Assembly (NCBI GenBank): GCA_025459175.1
Contig: JALORC010000012.1
Span: forward strand, 23,978-87,977
DNA from: Planctomycetota bacterium
GTDB lineage: Bacteria; Planctomycetota; UBA1135; UBA2386
DNA: 64,000 nt
Direction: 5' to 3'
Under the pieces are notes generated by a model, which was given only the letters and a program-made list of their open reading frames with translations, searched no databases and had not been told where the DNA came from. Shown here piece by piece: positions 29,018 to 38,950 of this stretch; positions within the stretch are counted from its first letter, which is position 1; the number at the start of each line of letters is the position of its first letter. The position numbers were made by a program, and so were the translations under genes.

Positions 29018-30151
29018 ATGCGACCACGTGATCTGGCAGTCCTCTGTGGCGTGTTGTGCCTCGGTGCCGCCGCTGGCATGGTGATCCTGAGCCAGGAGAC
29101 CTTCGCCGACCAGCTGATTCCACCGGCGCCGGCCGAGGTCACCGCGCCGACGCCGGCTGCGCTGCCGCTCGAGGCGATGCAGCAACCGGCGCCGGCAGCC
29201 GTGGCCGAACTCGGCCGCGCCGGCGACGTGCTGCCGGCCACCGCCGGCGAGCGCCGGCCCCGGACCGAGACCAGCGGTTGGACCAAGGGCGTGATCCGCG
29301 GCGACATCCAGCTGGCGGTGTCGGTGCTCAATCGCCTGCAGTCGATCAGCATCGTGGTCGAGGAGGCGCGCAGCGCGATCGGTCAGGACAACCGCTTCCA
29401 TCGCACCAACAAGCTGATCGTGCCGGTGACCCTCGGGGTCGGCACGCCGACCTTCGAAGTGACCGACGTGCCGTTCTCGGACTACCCGTACCGCGTCATG
29501 GTGCAGGCGCCGGGCCTCAACGGCAGCTGGCGCCACGTGAACATCGATCAGCACCAGCCGCTGGTCGACGACGTGGTGCTGACGATCACCCCCGGCACGC
29601 CGTTCTCGCTGCTGGTGCGCGATCAGGACACGGCGCCGTATCCGAAGCTCGACATCGTCATGCAGCCGATCGGCGAGCCGCTCGGCCGCGCCTGGCAGAA
29701 GGGCACCACCGACAACTTCGGCAGCATCGTGTTCGAGGACGTGCTGGCCGGCGACTACTCGCTGCAGGTCACCGAGAACGGCCAGTCGCTGCTGGAGCCG
29801 CGCACGATCACCGTGCAGCCCGGCACCCGTGGCCACAACGCGGCCGTGATCGGCCAGAGCCAGAGCCTGCTGATCCCGCGCGGCATCCCGGTGCGCGTCC
29901 AGGTCCACGACCCGGCCGGCTATGGCATCGCCGATGCGAAGGTGGTCGCCACCAACAAGGACCGCATCAAGCTGCACGAGGTGCCGCTGGTGAGCGACGC
30001 CGGCGGCTTCGCCGACTTCGCCCAGCTGCAGGTCGGTTCGTGGCACATCGTCGTCGAGAAGGACGGCTTCCATCGGATCGACTTCACACTGACGTTGAAG
30101 GCCGGGCAGGATCCGGTCAACAAGCAGGTCAAGCTGATCCGGGCCTATTGA
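29018..30151 (+). CDS. Membrane-anchored or secreted protein with carboxypeptidase-regulatory-like beta-sandwich repeats
   Basis: Hydrophobic N-terminus (LAVLCGVLCLGAAAGMVIL). Repeated approximately 80-aa units with GxxxDxxG...Y patterns typical of CarboxypepD_reg-like domains. Confidence 0.4.
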   Translation: MRPRDLAVLCGVLCLGAAAGMVILSQETFADQLIPPAPAEVTAPTPAALPLEAMQQPAPAAVAELGRAGDVLPATAGERRPRTETSGWTKGVIRGDIQLAVSVLNRLQSISIVVEEARSAIGQDNRFHRTNKLIVPVTLGVGTPTFEVTDVPFSDYPYRVMVQAPGLNGSWRHVNIDQHQPLVDDVVLTITPGTPFSLLVRDQDTAPYPKLDIVMQPIGEPLGRAWQKGTTDNFGSIVFEDVLAGDYSLQVTENGQSLLEPRTITVQPGTRGHNAAVIGQSQSLLIPRGIPVRVQVHDPAGYGIADAKVVATNKDRIKLHEVPLVSDAGGFADFAQLQVGSWHIVVEKDGFHRIDFTLTLKAGQDPVNKQVKLIRAY

Positions 30152-30251
30152 GCCGACCCGCCGCGCGGCGACCCGGCTCAGCGGTTGCTGCCCATCGGCG
30201 GTTCCATGCTTCCGAGCCCCTGCCGAGGTCGCTAGACTCGCGGCCCGAATC

Positions 30252-30731
30252 ATGGGCCAACCGCTCGTCGACCTGCAGAGTCTCGACCTGAGTCGCGATG
30301 TCGTCACCGAGGACGAACTGCGTCGCTGTCTCCCCCATCGGGACTTCTTCCAGCTGCTCGACGGCATCTGCTTCTTCGATCGCGAACGCGGTCTGGCGGT
30401 CGGCTACAAGGACTGGGACGCGGAACCGTGGTGGGCCAGCGGTCACGTGCCGGGCCGTCCGCTGATGCCGGGCGTGCTGATGATCGAGGGCGCGGCGCAG
30501 ATCGCGACGTTCCTGGTCAAGCAGCTCAGCGGCTGGGCGATGGACCAGATGATCGGACTCGCCGGCCTCGACGACGTGCGCATCCGCGGCCAGGTGGTGC
30601 CGCCGGCGCGCGTCTACTTCGTCAGCGGCAACGTGCAGATCTCCGGCCGCCGGCTCGCGCGCATGAGTGCGCAGGTGTTCAGCGGCGGCCAGATGAAGCT
30701 CGAGACGACGATCATGGGCGTCATGCTGTGA
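30252..30731 (+). CDS. FabZ/FabA-like 3-hydroxyacyl-ACP dehydratase (hotdog fold)
   Basis: GHVPGRPLMPGVLMIEGAAQ matches the FabZ active-site His/Glu neighbourhood. Confidence 0.7.
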   Translation: MGQPLVDLQSLDLSRDVVTEDELRRCLPHRDFFQLLDGICFFDRERGLAVGYKDWDAEPWWASGHVPGRPLMPGVLMIEGAAQIATFLVKQLSGWAMDQMIGLAGLDDVRIRGQVVPPARVYFVSGNVQISGRRLARMSAQVFSGGQMKLETTIMGVML

Positions 30732-30789
30732 GGCGGCGCCCGGACGTGACGCAGTGCCCGTGGTCCGGCGCCAGCGCGACCGGCGCGCC

Positions 30790-32703
30790 ATGACCCCGGC
30801 CCCGATGCCGCGCTGGTTCTGGCTGCTGCCGCTGCTGGCGATGCTCGCCTGGTGGCCGATCGATCCCTATTGGCAGAGCGACGACTACATCGCGCTGCAC
30901 TACGCCAGCGACCTGCAGCGTGTGGGCAGCGATTTCGTGGGCCCGCAGTACGGCGCCACCGACGTCTGGCGGTTCTACCGGCCGCTGATCACGGCGTCGT
31001 TCTGGCTCGACCAGCGACTCGGCGGTGGGACCTGGCCGCTGTCGCTGTACAGCAACGTGCTGGCGCACGGCATCTCGACGCTGCTCGCCGCGCTGCTGTG
31101 GCGGCGGTTCGTCGGCGCCGGCCAGGCGTTCGCCGCCGCATTGCTGTGGGCGCTGCTGCCGAGCCACCTCGCCACGATCGCCTGGGGCGTCGGCCGCGTC
31201 GATGGACACACCGCGGTGTGGTGCCTGCTGGCGCTGCTGCTGCTGCTGCGCCGCCACGAACGCCTCGCGGCCGGCGACCGCGCGCCCGCCTGGCCGCTGC
31301 TGCTGACCACGCTGCTCGCCCTGGCCAGCAAGGAACTGGCGCTCGTGGTGCCGCCGTTGGCGGTCGCGCTCGCGGCCTTGCGCGGCGGTCCGGCCACGCC
31401 CTGGCAGCGGCTCGAACGCACGATGGCGGTCGCGTGGCCGGCGTGGCTGGCGCTCGGCCTCTACCTGCCGCTGCGTTGGCTCGCGCTCGGCAGCTTCGGT
31501 GGCTACAGCGCGGCGCAGTGGTCGTTGCCGGCGATCGGCAGCGGCGGCTCGACCACGCTCGCCAACCTCGCGGTGCCGCTGCGCTGGTGCGGCGAACTGC
31601 CGCCGTCGTCGGTGCCGCCGGCGGCGTGGCTGTGGGCCGCGGCGCTGCCGCCGGCGCTCGCGCTGCTGGTCGCGCTGTGGCGACGACCGCGGCTGGTCGG
31701 GGCGGCCGCACTGCTCGCGGTGCTGGCCAGCGTGCCGATGGCCAACTTCCTGGCCGAGTCGAACAACCCGCACAACCTGCGCTACTGGTACCTGCCGACC
31801 GTGGCGCTGGCCGGGGCGCTGGTCGCCGGCGGCCGCTGGGTGCTGCCGGCCATGGCACTCGCCCTGGCCCTGCCGTTGGTGCTGGTGCGCGGCGCACAAC
31901 GAACTGCCGACCTGCAGTCGGCGGCGATGCACCGGGCGCTGCTGCGCGAAGCCGCCGATGCCGCGCCGTCGCCGATGTTCGTGGCCGGCCTGCCGCACGC
32001 CAACCGGCTCGGCACCACCGTGCAACTGCACTTCGGCATCGACCGCCTGCTGGCGGCGCCGTTCGGCGCCGATGCCGCGCGGCTCTATGCACTGCGGCCG
32101 CTGGACGCAGGGCCCTCGGCGTTCCGACTCACCGCCGACGGCGAGCTGCCGTTCGCGCTGCCGGCGGGTTCGACGTGGTTCTTCGCCGACGCCACCGCGC
32201 TCGGCCGCGCGCCCGACGGTCCACAGCTGCCGCCGCTCGAGGTGACCGGCGACCAGGACGGCGAACTCGATCTGTCGACGCCGGTGCTGTTCGCGATGGC
32301 GAAGGGCGAACGGCGGCCCGGCCTGCGCACCCCCGGGGTGCGGCCAGCGGCGTTCCGGCTGACGCTGTGCACCGCCAACGGCTACCTGGCGACGCTGTTC
32401 GTCGACCACGGCGATGGCAGCGGCAGCGACGGCACCATCGACATCCTCAGCTGGTTCAGCGCCATCGGCACGCCGCGCATCGGCAGCTACGCGCCGGGCG
32501 CCTACATCGGTGACGCGCTCGACGTGCCGACCACCATCGACCGCGAGCCGGTGTTCCCGGTGCTGCTCGAGGCCGGCACCTACCAGCTCGCCGCAGGTAG
32601 CGCGGTGTTCACCCCGACCCACCGTTGCCGCCGGCTGCTGCGCTTCCGTTTCGATCGCGACTACCCGCAGTGGCGCCGAGCGGTGCAGGGAGTCTCGCGG
32701 TGA
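30790..32703 (+). CDS. Polytopic membrane protein of the GT-C fold (ArnT/PMT-family-39-like glycosyltransferase)
   Basis: At least 10 TM segments. Trp/Leu-rich with an Asp-containing first loop. Paired with a downstream GT2. Confidence 0.45.
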   Translation: MTPAPMPRWFWLLPLLAMLAWWPIDPYWQSDDYIALHYASDLQRVGSDFVGPQYGATDVWRFYRPLITASFWLDQRLGGGTWPLSLYSNVLAHGISTLLAALLWRRFVGAGQAFAAALLWALLPSHLATIAWGVGRVDGHTAVWCLLALLLLLRRHERLAAGDRAPAWPLLLTTLLALASKELALVVPPLAVALAALRGGPATPWQRLERTMAVAWPAWLALGLYLPLRWLALGSFGGYSAAQWSLPAIGSGGSTTLANLAVPLRWCGELPPSSVPPAAWLWAAALPPALALLVALWRRPRLVGAAALLAVLASVPMANFLAESNNPHNLRYWYLPTVALAGALVAGGRWVLPAMALALALPLVLVRGAQRTADLQSAAMHRALLREAADAAPSPMFVAGLPHANRLGTTVQLHFGIDRLLAAPFGADAARLYALRPLDAGPSAFRLTADGELPFALPAGSTWFFADATALGRAPDGPQLPPLEVTGDQDGELDLSTPVLFAMAKGERRPGLRTPGVRPAAFRLTLCTANGYLATLFVDHGDGSGSDGTIDILSWFSAIGTPRIGSYAPGAYIGDALDVPTTIDREPVFPVLLEAGTYQLAAGSAVFTPTHRCRRLLRFRFDRDYPQWRRAVQGVSR

Positions 32704-32830
32704 ACGAGCGACCCCATCGGCGCTGGCCCACTCCGGGACGACCCGGCGACCTCGGCCGCCAGCGGGCGGTACGTTTCTCCGTGTCGATACTGCGCTCGGC
32801 TCCAACCGCCGATACAGCGCCCTGATCCCC

Positions 32831-33589
32831 GTGACGACGTCGCCTCACCCGCACTACGACCTCTCGGTCGTCATCGCCTGCTACCAGGAAGAAGGTCACC
32901 TCGTCGAGTCGGTGCGACAGCTGGTCGCCACGCTCGACGGCACCGGCCGCAGCTACGAACTGATCTTCGTCGAGGACAAGAGCCGCGATCGCACCGCCGC
33001 GATCATCGCCGAGCTGGTCGCCGGCCACCCCAACCGCCGCGCGGTCTACCACCAGCACAACCTCGGCCGCGGCGGCACCGTCACCGAAGGCTTCCAGCTC
33101 GCCACCGGCGACATCGTCGGTTTCCTCGACATCGACCTCGAGGTGCACTGCAAGTTCCTGCCGGCGGTGCTGCAGGCGATCGACCACGGCAAGGACGGCG
33201 CCACCGCCTACCGGCACTACGCGGTCGGCTGGCGCCCCACCGCGATCCTGCGCCACTTCCTGAGCAGCGGCTACCGCTGGCTGTTCCGACGGCTGTTCGA
33301 CGTGCCGTTCCGCGACCCGGAGACCGGCTTCAAGTTCTTCCGGCGCGCGAAGATCCTGCCGGTGGTGAACAAGACCCGGGATCCGGGCTGGTTCTGGGAC
33401 AGCGAGATCATGATCCTCGCCCACCAGCACGGGCTGTCGATCGAGGAAGTGCCGTGCCGCTTCGAGCGCCGCGCCGACAAGCAGTCGACGGTGCGCATCT
33501 TTCGTGACGTATGGCGCTATCTGGTCGCGATCCGGGCGTTCCGCGCCCGGCAGCGCGCCGAACGCCGGAGCCGGGCCGCGGTCGGCTGA
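32831..33589 (+). CDS. Family-2 glycosyltransferase (polyprenol-phosphate sugar synthase, DPM1/ArnC-like)
   Basis: DLSVVIACYQEE, FVEDKSRD, DIDLE motifs. GTG start. Confidence 0.7.
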   Translation: MTTSPHPHYDLSVVIACYQEEGHLVESVRQLVATLDGTGRSYELIFVEDKSRDRTAAIIAELVAGHPNRRAVYHQHNLGRGGTVTEGFQLATGDIVGFLDIDLEVHCKFLPAVLQAIDHGKDGATAYRHYAVGWRPTAILRHFLSSGYRWLFRRLFDVPFRDPETGFKFFRRAKILPVVNKTRDPGWFWDSEIMILAHQHGLSIEEVPCRFERRADKQSTVRIFRDVWRYLVAIRAFRARQRAERRSRAAVG

Positions 33590-33596
33590 CGGCCGC

Positions 33597-34229
33597 TCAA
33601 TCGACTCCGAGTTCGAGGTCGAGCGCCAGCGACAATCCGGCCAGGTCCGCGACCAAAGTCGGCTCGAGCGCGAACCCTCCGGGCCGTTCGACACAACCGC
33701 GCAGCTTCACGGTGATGCCGGCCCAGGTCACCCCGCGCGCGGCCAGCACCTCGCGCAGGCGCGGTCGGGCGCGCAGCAGCGCCACCAGCTCGGCGACCTT
33801 CTCCTCGGCGAACTGGAAGCCGTGCGGCCACACCTCGTGGATCCACAGCCCCTCGTCGTGCCCGGCACTGCCCCGGCTGCCGTTGGCGCGCTTGCCGAAC
33901 GCACGCGTCGGCACCAGGTCGAGCGCCCGCGTGATCGCCGCCGGGTCGACGTCGTCGAGCACCAACCGCAGCGCCACCACCGCCCCCGGCACCACGACGA
34001 CCTCACGTTCGTCCCAGGCCTCGCCGCTCCAGCGCCAGTGCACCTGCAGGCAGAACGAGCCCGGGGCGCTGCGGTAGCTGGTCACCCCACGATCGCCGGT
34101 GACCACGGCGGCGGCGGGGGTCGCGTGCACGAAGGCCGGCTGTCGTTCGAGCAACGTGCGCAGCAGGTCGGTCCGGCTCGCCCGCAGCCGCACCAGGGGC
34201 AGGGCGGGCAACGCGACGGCCGGGACCAT
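33597..34229 (-). CDS. Hypothetical protein (DUF4279-like), last gene of the Pus10-like operon
   Basis: Starts 3 nt after the Pus10-like stop. No recognisable catalytic motif. Confidence 0.35.
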   Translation of the reverse strand: MVPAVALPALPLVRLRASRTDLLRTLLERQPAFVHATPAAAVVTGDRGVTSYRSAPGSFCLQVHWRWSGEAWDEREVVVVPGAVVALRLVLDDVDPAAITRALDLVPTRAFGKRANGSRGSAGHDEGLWIHEVWPHGFQFAEEKVAELVALLRARPRLREVLAARGVTWAGITVKLRGCVERPGGFALEPTLVADLAGLSLALDLELGVD

Positions 34230-34231
34230 GG

Positions 34232-35068
34232 TCACGCCTCGGCCGGTGCTGCCGGCGGTTCCAACCGGGGGCCGTCGACGTCGTCGGTCAGGATCTCCTC
34301 GACGTCGAGCTGGCGGCACTTGCAGGCGGTGCCGAGCAGCGTCGCCAGCGACGGCTGCGTGCGTTCCTCGTCGCCGGAGATCCACTCCTTCACGTAGGTG
34401 CCGTGCTGGCAGACGACCCGCAACTCGTAGGCACCGTCGGCCATCGGCGTCAACGCCAGCACCTTCAGCTGGCGCGGCCGCTCCAGGTCGGCGCGGCGGT
34501 GCGACACCCGCTGCGGCGTGCGCTGCAGGATGGTGCCCGGGAACGCGAGCGCCGCGGCGAGCGCGTCGGGACTCGGCGGCGCCGCCACCGCGACCTCGGC
34601 CCGGTAGACCTTGTCGAAGTGCGTCTCCTTCCAGTAGACGACGCGGGCGCGGCCGACGCGCACGAACGGCTGCAGCTCGATCTGGCCCTCGCTGCGGGCC
34701 TCGATGTCCCGGCGCAGCGCCTCGAGATCGACGTCGGGATTGCGGGCCCCCACCACCTCGAACACGAACGGCCGCCCGCGCCCGAGCATCAGCACGTCGA
34801 TGTCCTCGCGGCCAGCACCGTGGAAGCGCCCTTCCTTGGCCTGCATCAGCGGCACCACCCGCCGCCCGATCAGCTCCTGCACCGACTCCCGGGTCAGCTT
34901 GCCGAAGCCCTGGCAATCGGGGCAGTCGCGCTTGCGCCGGCGATCGCCCTTGCAGCGCGGGCAGAAGAACACGGTCTGGGGCAGGCCGCGCCGCAGCTTG
35001 CGGTAGCGCGACTCGAGCCAGAGGTTGGAACGCGGGCGCTGGCCCGGCAGCGGAACGGCATCGGCCAT
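34232..35068 (-). CDS. Pus10-like tRNA pseudouridine synthase (archaeal/eukaryotic type)
   Basis: Zn-ribbon CPRCKG...CPDCQG followed by GREDIDVLMLGRGRPFVFEVVGARNP, which matches the Pus10 catalytic-Asp block. Confidence 0.55.
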   Translation of the reverse strand: MADAVPLPGQRPRSNLWLESRYRKLRRGLPQTVFFCPRCKGDRRRKRDCPDCQGFGKLTRESVQELIGRRVVPLMQAKEGRFHGAGREDIDVLMLGRGRPFVFEVVGARNPDVDLEALRRDIEARSEGQIELQPFVRVGRARVVYWKETHFDKVYRAEVAVAAPPSPDALAAALAFPGTILQRTPQRVSHRRADLERPRQLKVLALTPMADGAYELRVVCQHGTYVKEWISGDEERTQPSLATLLGTACKCRQLDVEEILTDDVDGPRLEPPAAPAEA

Positions 35069-35138
35069 CGATCGGCGCAAGCGAACCGCCGCCGGCTCGC
35101 GGAGGCAAGAGGCGAGCTGCGCCGGCGGCGCTCGCGGC

Positions 35139-35570
35139 TCAGCTGGTGCGACCGCCCGCTGGCGCCGGCGACCGCGCCGGCTTGCGCAACGAGGAGTTCT
35201 GGCGCTCGGTGCGGCGCTCGAGGAAGCGCCCGAGCAGGCCGAAGAACTCACGCGCCGCGATCGGCGTCGGCACGAACGAATGGATGTTGTACTTCGTCTT
35301 GTCGACCGCCATGTCGCGCACGTTGCGCGGCGCCGTCAGCACGAACAGCTCGGTCGTGGTGTCGAACGAGCGCAGGTGGTGCAGCAGCTTGACGGTCTCC
35401 TTCAGGCGCGGATCGACGCCGAGGAACACCGCGTCGAAGTGCCGTCCGCGCACCTCGTTGATGCCGGCATGGCCCTGGCCGACGGTGACCTGGAACTCGG
35501 GAAACTGCTGCAATCCGACCTTCACCTGGTCGCGGATCAGCGGGTCCTTCTCGACGAGCAGCACTTCCAT
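35139..35570 (-). CDS. Stand-alone response-regulator receiver domain
   Basis: LLVEKD...D54-like FDAVFLGVDP and TxxK (FVLT...K) layout, 143 aa. Confidence 0.7.
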   Translation of the reverse strand: MEVLLVEKDPLIRDQVKVGLQQFPEFQVTVGQGHAGINEVRGRHFDAVFLGVDPRLKETVKLLHHLRSFDTTTELFVLTAPRNVRDMAVDKTKYNIHSFVPTPIAAREFFGLLGRFLERRTERQNSSLRKPARSPAPAGGRTS

Positions 35571-35672
35571 GTGGGAACTCCGCAGCGGCTATCGGCAGCC
35601 CCCCGCCGTCGGCTGGGGCCCGTCCGGTGGCACCACTGGCAACGAACCTTGACCACGCGGCTCCGGCGCGGA

Positions 35673-36638
35673 ATGGTGGCCGGCATGAACTTCCTCGCCG
35701 GCGTCGACGAAGCCGGGCTCGGCCCGATCCTGGGCCCGCTGGTGGTCGGCGGGGTCGCCATGGCCGGCCCCGAGGGCACCGACCCCTGGCAGGTGCTGCG
35801 CCAGCACGCGAGCCGCCACAAGCACGAGAAGGGCAAGGTCCGCGTCGCCGACAGCAAGAAGGTCAACCAGGGTCCTCACGGCCTGCGCCGCCTCGAGGAG
35901 ACGGCGCTGGTGTTCTGGACCGCCCACTGCGGCGAACTGCCGGTGAGTCTCGGCGCGTGGCTGCAGCAGCTCGACGCCGACCTGCCGGCGCTGGCGCGCT
36001 GCCCGTGGTACGAGGACCTGTCCCTGCCGCTGCCGCTGCTCGCCGACGCCGACTGGGTGCAGCTGCAGGCCGAGTTGGTCGCCCGCACGCTGCGCCAGCA
36101 CGAGATCACGCTGCTCGACATCGCCGTGCGCCCGGTCGACGTCGAGGAGTGGAACACGCTGATCGCCGACACCGACAACAAGAGTCGGGCCCACTTCCAT
36201 GCCTATGCGGAAGTGCTCGGCCGGCTGCTGCAACGGGTACCGATCGGCAGCGGCGGGCACCTGGTCGCCGACCGGTGCGGTGGCCGCATGCACTACGGCC
36301 ACGACCTGCGCCAGCTGTGCCCCGACGCGCGGGTCGAGGTCCGCAGCGAAGAGCCGGCGGCCTCGTCGTACGTGCTGCACCGCGCCACCGGCGCTGTCAC
36401 CGTGACCTTCGCCGAACGCGGCGAGGACCGCGCCTTCCCGACCGCACTCGCCAGCTGCTTCGCCAAGTACCTGCGCGAGCTGATGGTCGAGTGCCTCAAC
36501 CGCTGGTTCCAGGCCCGCGTGCCCGGCCTGCAGCCGACCGCCGGCTACTACACGGACGGGCACCGTTTCCTCGACGATGTCGGACCGCATCTGCAGGCGG
36601 CCGGGCTGCCGCGGCACCGCCTCGTGCGCGTGCGCTGA
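35673..36638 (+). CDS. RNase HII-like (type 2 RNase H fold) domain protein with a long unique C-terminal region
   Basis: FLAGVDEAGLGPILGPLVV and VADSKKV resemble the RNase HII DEAGRG and DSKKL motifs. The remaining 200 aa are unassigned. Confidence 0.45.
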   Translation: MVAGMNFLAGVDEAGLGPILGPLVVGGVAMAGPEGTDPWQVLRQHASRHKHEKGKVRVADSKKVNQGPHGLRRLEETALVFWTAHCGELPVSLGAWLQQLDADLPALARCPWYEDLSLPLPLLADADWVQLQAELVARTLRQHEITLLDIAVRPVDVEEWNTLIADTDNKSRAHFHAYAEVLGRLLQRVPIGSGGHLVADRCGGRMHYGHDLRQLCPDARVEVRSEEPAASSYVLHRATGAVTVTFAERGEDRAFPTALASCFAKYLRELMVECLNRWFQARVPGLQPTAGYYTDGHRFLDDVGPHLQAAGLPRHRLVRVR

Positions 36639-36666
36639 CGGCGGCCGTGGCTAGCATGAAGAAGCC

Positions 36667-37818
36667 ATGAAGATGCTCGCCTCGCTCGTCGCCACCGCCG
36701 CGGTGGCAATTCCCTTCCTGCCGGCGCAGAACCAGGCCCTGCAGCTGACCACCGGTACCGACGGCGGCGTCGAATACCAGTTCGACGCGCGCATGGTGCC
36801 ACCGACCGGCATCACCGTCGAAGCCTGGATCACCTACGACGACAGCACGGTGCCGACCGGCCAGGGCTACTACCCGACGATCGCCCGCCAGAACATCGCG
36901 CCCAGCACCGAGAGCTGGAACTTCCGCGTCTCCGCCGCCACCACCGGGGCGCGCAACCTGCAGCTGATCATCCGCACCAACAACGGCTTCTTCGCGGCCA
37001 CCTACAACTTCGCCCCCGGCGAGTTCCTGGCGCCGACCCACGTCGCGGGCACGTTCGACGGCACCACGATCCGCGTGTTCAAGAACGGCCTGCAGGTTGC
37101 GCAGGGCGCGGTGCCGGTGCTCAGCGAAGTGCTCAACAACGGCGGTCTGATGCGGATCGGCAACGGCGATCCGGTGGCGCCGGGCAACGAGACCTGGAAC
37201 GGCACCATCGACGAGGTGCGCATCTGGCCGATGGCGCGCAGCGCCGGCGAGATCACCGCGACCCTGAACCAGGAGCTGCTCGGCCTGCCCGGCGGCGTGC
37301 TGACGTTCCCGCTGAACGGCAGCTACGACTCGAGCGACCTGACCGTGGTCGGCACCGCGTTCGGCACCAGCGCGTTCGTCGCCGGCACCACGCTGCCGCC
37401 GGCCGCCGCGGTGCTGGTGCCGCTGGCGCAGCCGTCCAGCAACTGCGCGCGCAAGCCGCAGATCCTGGTCGGCAGCCTGCCGCAGATCGGCAACCCCGCG
37501 TTCGCGTTCTGGTGCGTGCGCGGCCCACGACCGGCGACTTCGCCGGCCGGTGTCGTGTTCGCCGCCGACAGCCCGGCCCCGGTCGGTCAGCCGCCGGTCC
37601 TGGGTCTCGACCTCGCCTTCGACCTGGCGACGATCGCCGCCTCGGCGGTGCTGGCGCCGCCGACCAACGCGCTCGGCAATGCGACCTTCCCGCTGCCGAT
37701 CCCGAACCAGCCGTCGCTGGTCGGACTGGGCTGGGTGTTCCAGTTCGGCTTCCTCGACGCGCAGTGCGGCCCGCAGGGCATCACCACCAGCGACGGCCTG
37801 CAGTTCGTGATCCAGTGA
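36667..37818 (+). CDS. Secreted LamG/concanavalin-like lectin-domain protein carrying the shared C-terminal module
   Basis: Signal MKMLASLVATAAVAIPFLPAQ. LamG_3-like VEAWITYDD...FDGTTIRVFKNGLQ...NGTIDEVRIW. C-terminus PNQPSLVGLGWVFQ...TTSDGLQFVIQ. Confidence 0.6.
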   Translation: MKMLASLVATAAVAIPFLPAQNQALQLTTGTDGGVEYQFDARMVPPTGITVEAWITYDDSTVPTGQGYYPTIARQNIAPSTESWNFRVSAATTGARNLQLIIRTNNGFFAATYNFAPGEFLAPTHVAGTFDGTTIRVFKNGLQVAQGAVPVLSEVLNNGGLMRIGNGDPVAPGNETWNGTIDEVRIWPMARSAGEITATLNQELLGLPGGVLTFPLNGSYDSSDLTVVGTAFGTSAFVAGTTLPPAAAVLVPLAQPSSNCARKPQILVGSLPQIGNPAFAFWCVRGPRPATSPAGVVFAADSPAPVGQPPVLGLDLAFDLATIAASAVLAPPTNALGNATFPLPIPNQPSLVGLGWVFQFGFLDAQCGPQGITTSDGLQFVIQ

Positions 37819-37843
37819 CCACCGCGGCGCGACCCGCGCCGGC

Positions 37844-38314
37844 TCAACCGTCGAAGCCGGCGTCGTCGAGCAGTTCGGGCCCGTTGGCGGCGGCGACCGC
37901 GAGCTGATCGCAGCGCTCGTTCTCCGGATTGCCGGTGTGACCGCGCACCCACCGCCAGTCGACCTCGTGTTCGCCGATCGCGCGCAGCAGCCGTTCCCAC
38001 AGGTCGCGGTTCTTGACGGGCTCCTTCTGCGAGGTGCGCCAGCCGCGCCGCTGCCAGCCATCGAGCCACTTCTGCGTGAACGCGTGCACGACGTACTGCG
38101 AGTCCGACCACAGCTCCACGTGGCACGGCCGCGTCAGCGCCTCGAGGCCGACGATCGCGCCGAGCAGTTCCATCCGGTTGTTGGTGGTGCGGCGGAAGCC
38201 GCCGGACAGCTCCTTGCGGTGCGCGCCGAACAGCAGCACGGTGCCGTAGCCGCCGGGTCCCGGGTTGCCCAGGCACGCGCCATCGCTGTAGATCGTCACC
38301 GGGGACTGCGCCAT
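37844..38314 (-). CDS. rnhA: Ribonuclease HI
   Basis: [31 protein letters not shown] and [16 protein letters not shown] motifs. Confidence 0.85.
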   Translation of the reverse strand: MAQSPVTIYSDGACLGNPGPGGYGTVLLFGAHRKELSGGFRRTTNNRMELLGAIVGLEALTRPCHVELWSDSQYVVHAFTQKWLDGWQRRGWRTSQKEPVKNRDLWERLLRAIGEHEVDWRWVRGHTGNPENERCDQLAVAAANGPELLDDAGFDG

Positions 38315-38316
38315 GC

Positions 38317-38943
38317 TCACGGCATAGCCGGGCGGCAGGCGCCGGACAACGGCGGGGCTCGGTCGGCGCCGACGCGGGCGGTGTGCTCGAGCAGCTGCGG
38401 CCACAGCGCCGCGAAGTCGGCGGCGAACGCGTCGTAGTGCCGGCGCAACGGCTCGGCGCCGGCCGCCAATGGCGCGATCCGCGCGCGCCGGGCCGCCATC
38501 AGACCGAACACCCGTTCGAGGCCGTCGAGCTGCGCATAGCCCTCGATCCAGCCGTCCGCGCACAGCCGCGGCGCCACCCGCTGCAGCGCCGGCGGCAGCA
38601 GCTCGTGGTGCGTGCGCAACGCCGCGTGCACCTCGCCGAGGAAGGCGTCGAGCGGTTGCCCGGCGCCGAGCCGGTCCCAGTCGCGGGCGAGGAAGTGATC
38701 GCAGTAGACATCGATCAGCACCCCAGCGAACCGGCGCAGCGGCGGCGGCACGCGCGCCCGCGCCGAATCCACCAGCGGATGCGCATCGACGAAGCGGTCG
38801 ACGGCGCGGTGCATCGCGATGCCGCGCTGCAGCTCCGGATGCAGCGTGGCGAGGTCGACGCCCTGCACGAAGTCGGCGGCGAGGTTGCCGAGGCGCAGCA
38901 ACGGTGCCGGCGGCGACAGCCGCAGGTGCGCGAGCCAGTTCAT
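38317..38943 (-). CDS. acpH: Acyl-carrier-protein phosphodiesterase
   Basis: MNWLAHL...[12 protein letters not shown]-terminus typical of AcpH (DUF479). Confidence 0.7.
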   Translation of the reverse strand: MNWLAHLRLSPPAPLLRLGNLAADFVQGVDLATLHPELQRGIAMHRAVDRFVDAHPLVDSARARVPPPLRRFAGVLIDVYCDHFLARDWDRLGAGQPLDAFLGEVHAALRTHHELLPPALQRVAPRLCADGWIEGYAQLDGLERVFGLMAARRARIAPLAAGAEPLRRHYDAFAADFAALWPQLLEHTARVGADRAPPLSGACRPAMP

Positions 38944-38950
38944 GGTCGCG

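Noticed and set aside
30721-32805. 694-aa minus ORF opposite the ArnT-like gene
   Set aside because: Arg-rich with no domains. The plus-strand product has about 10 coherent TM helices.
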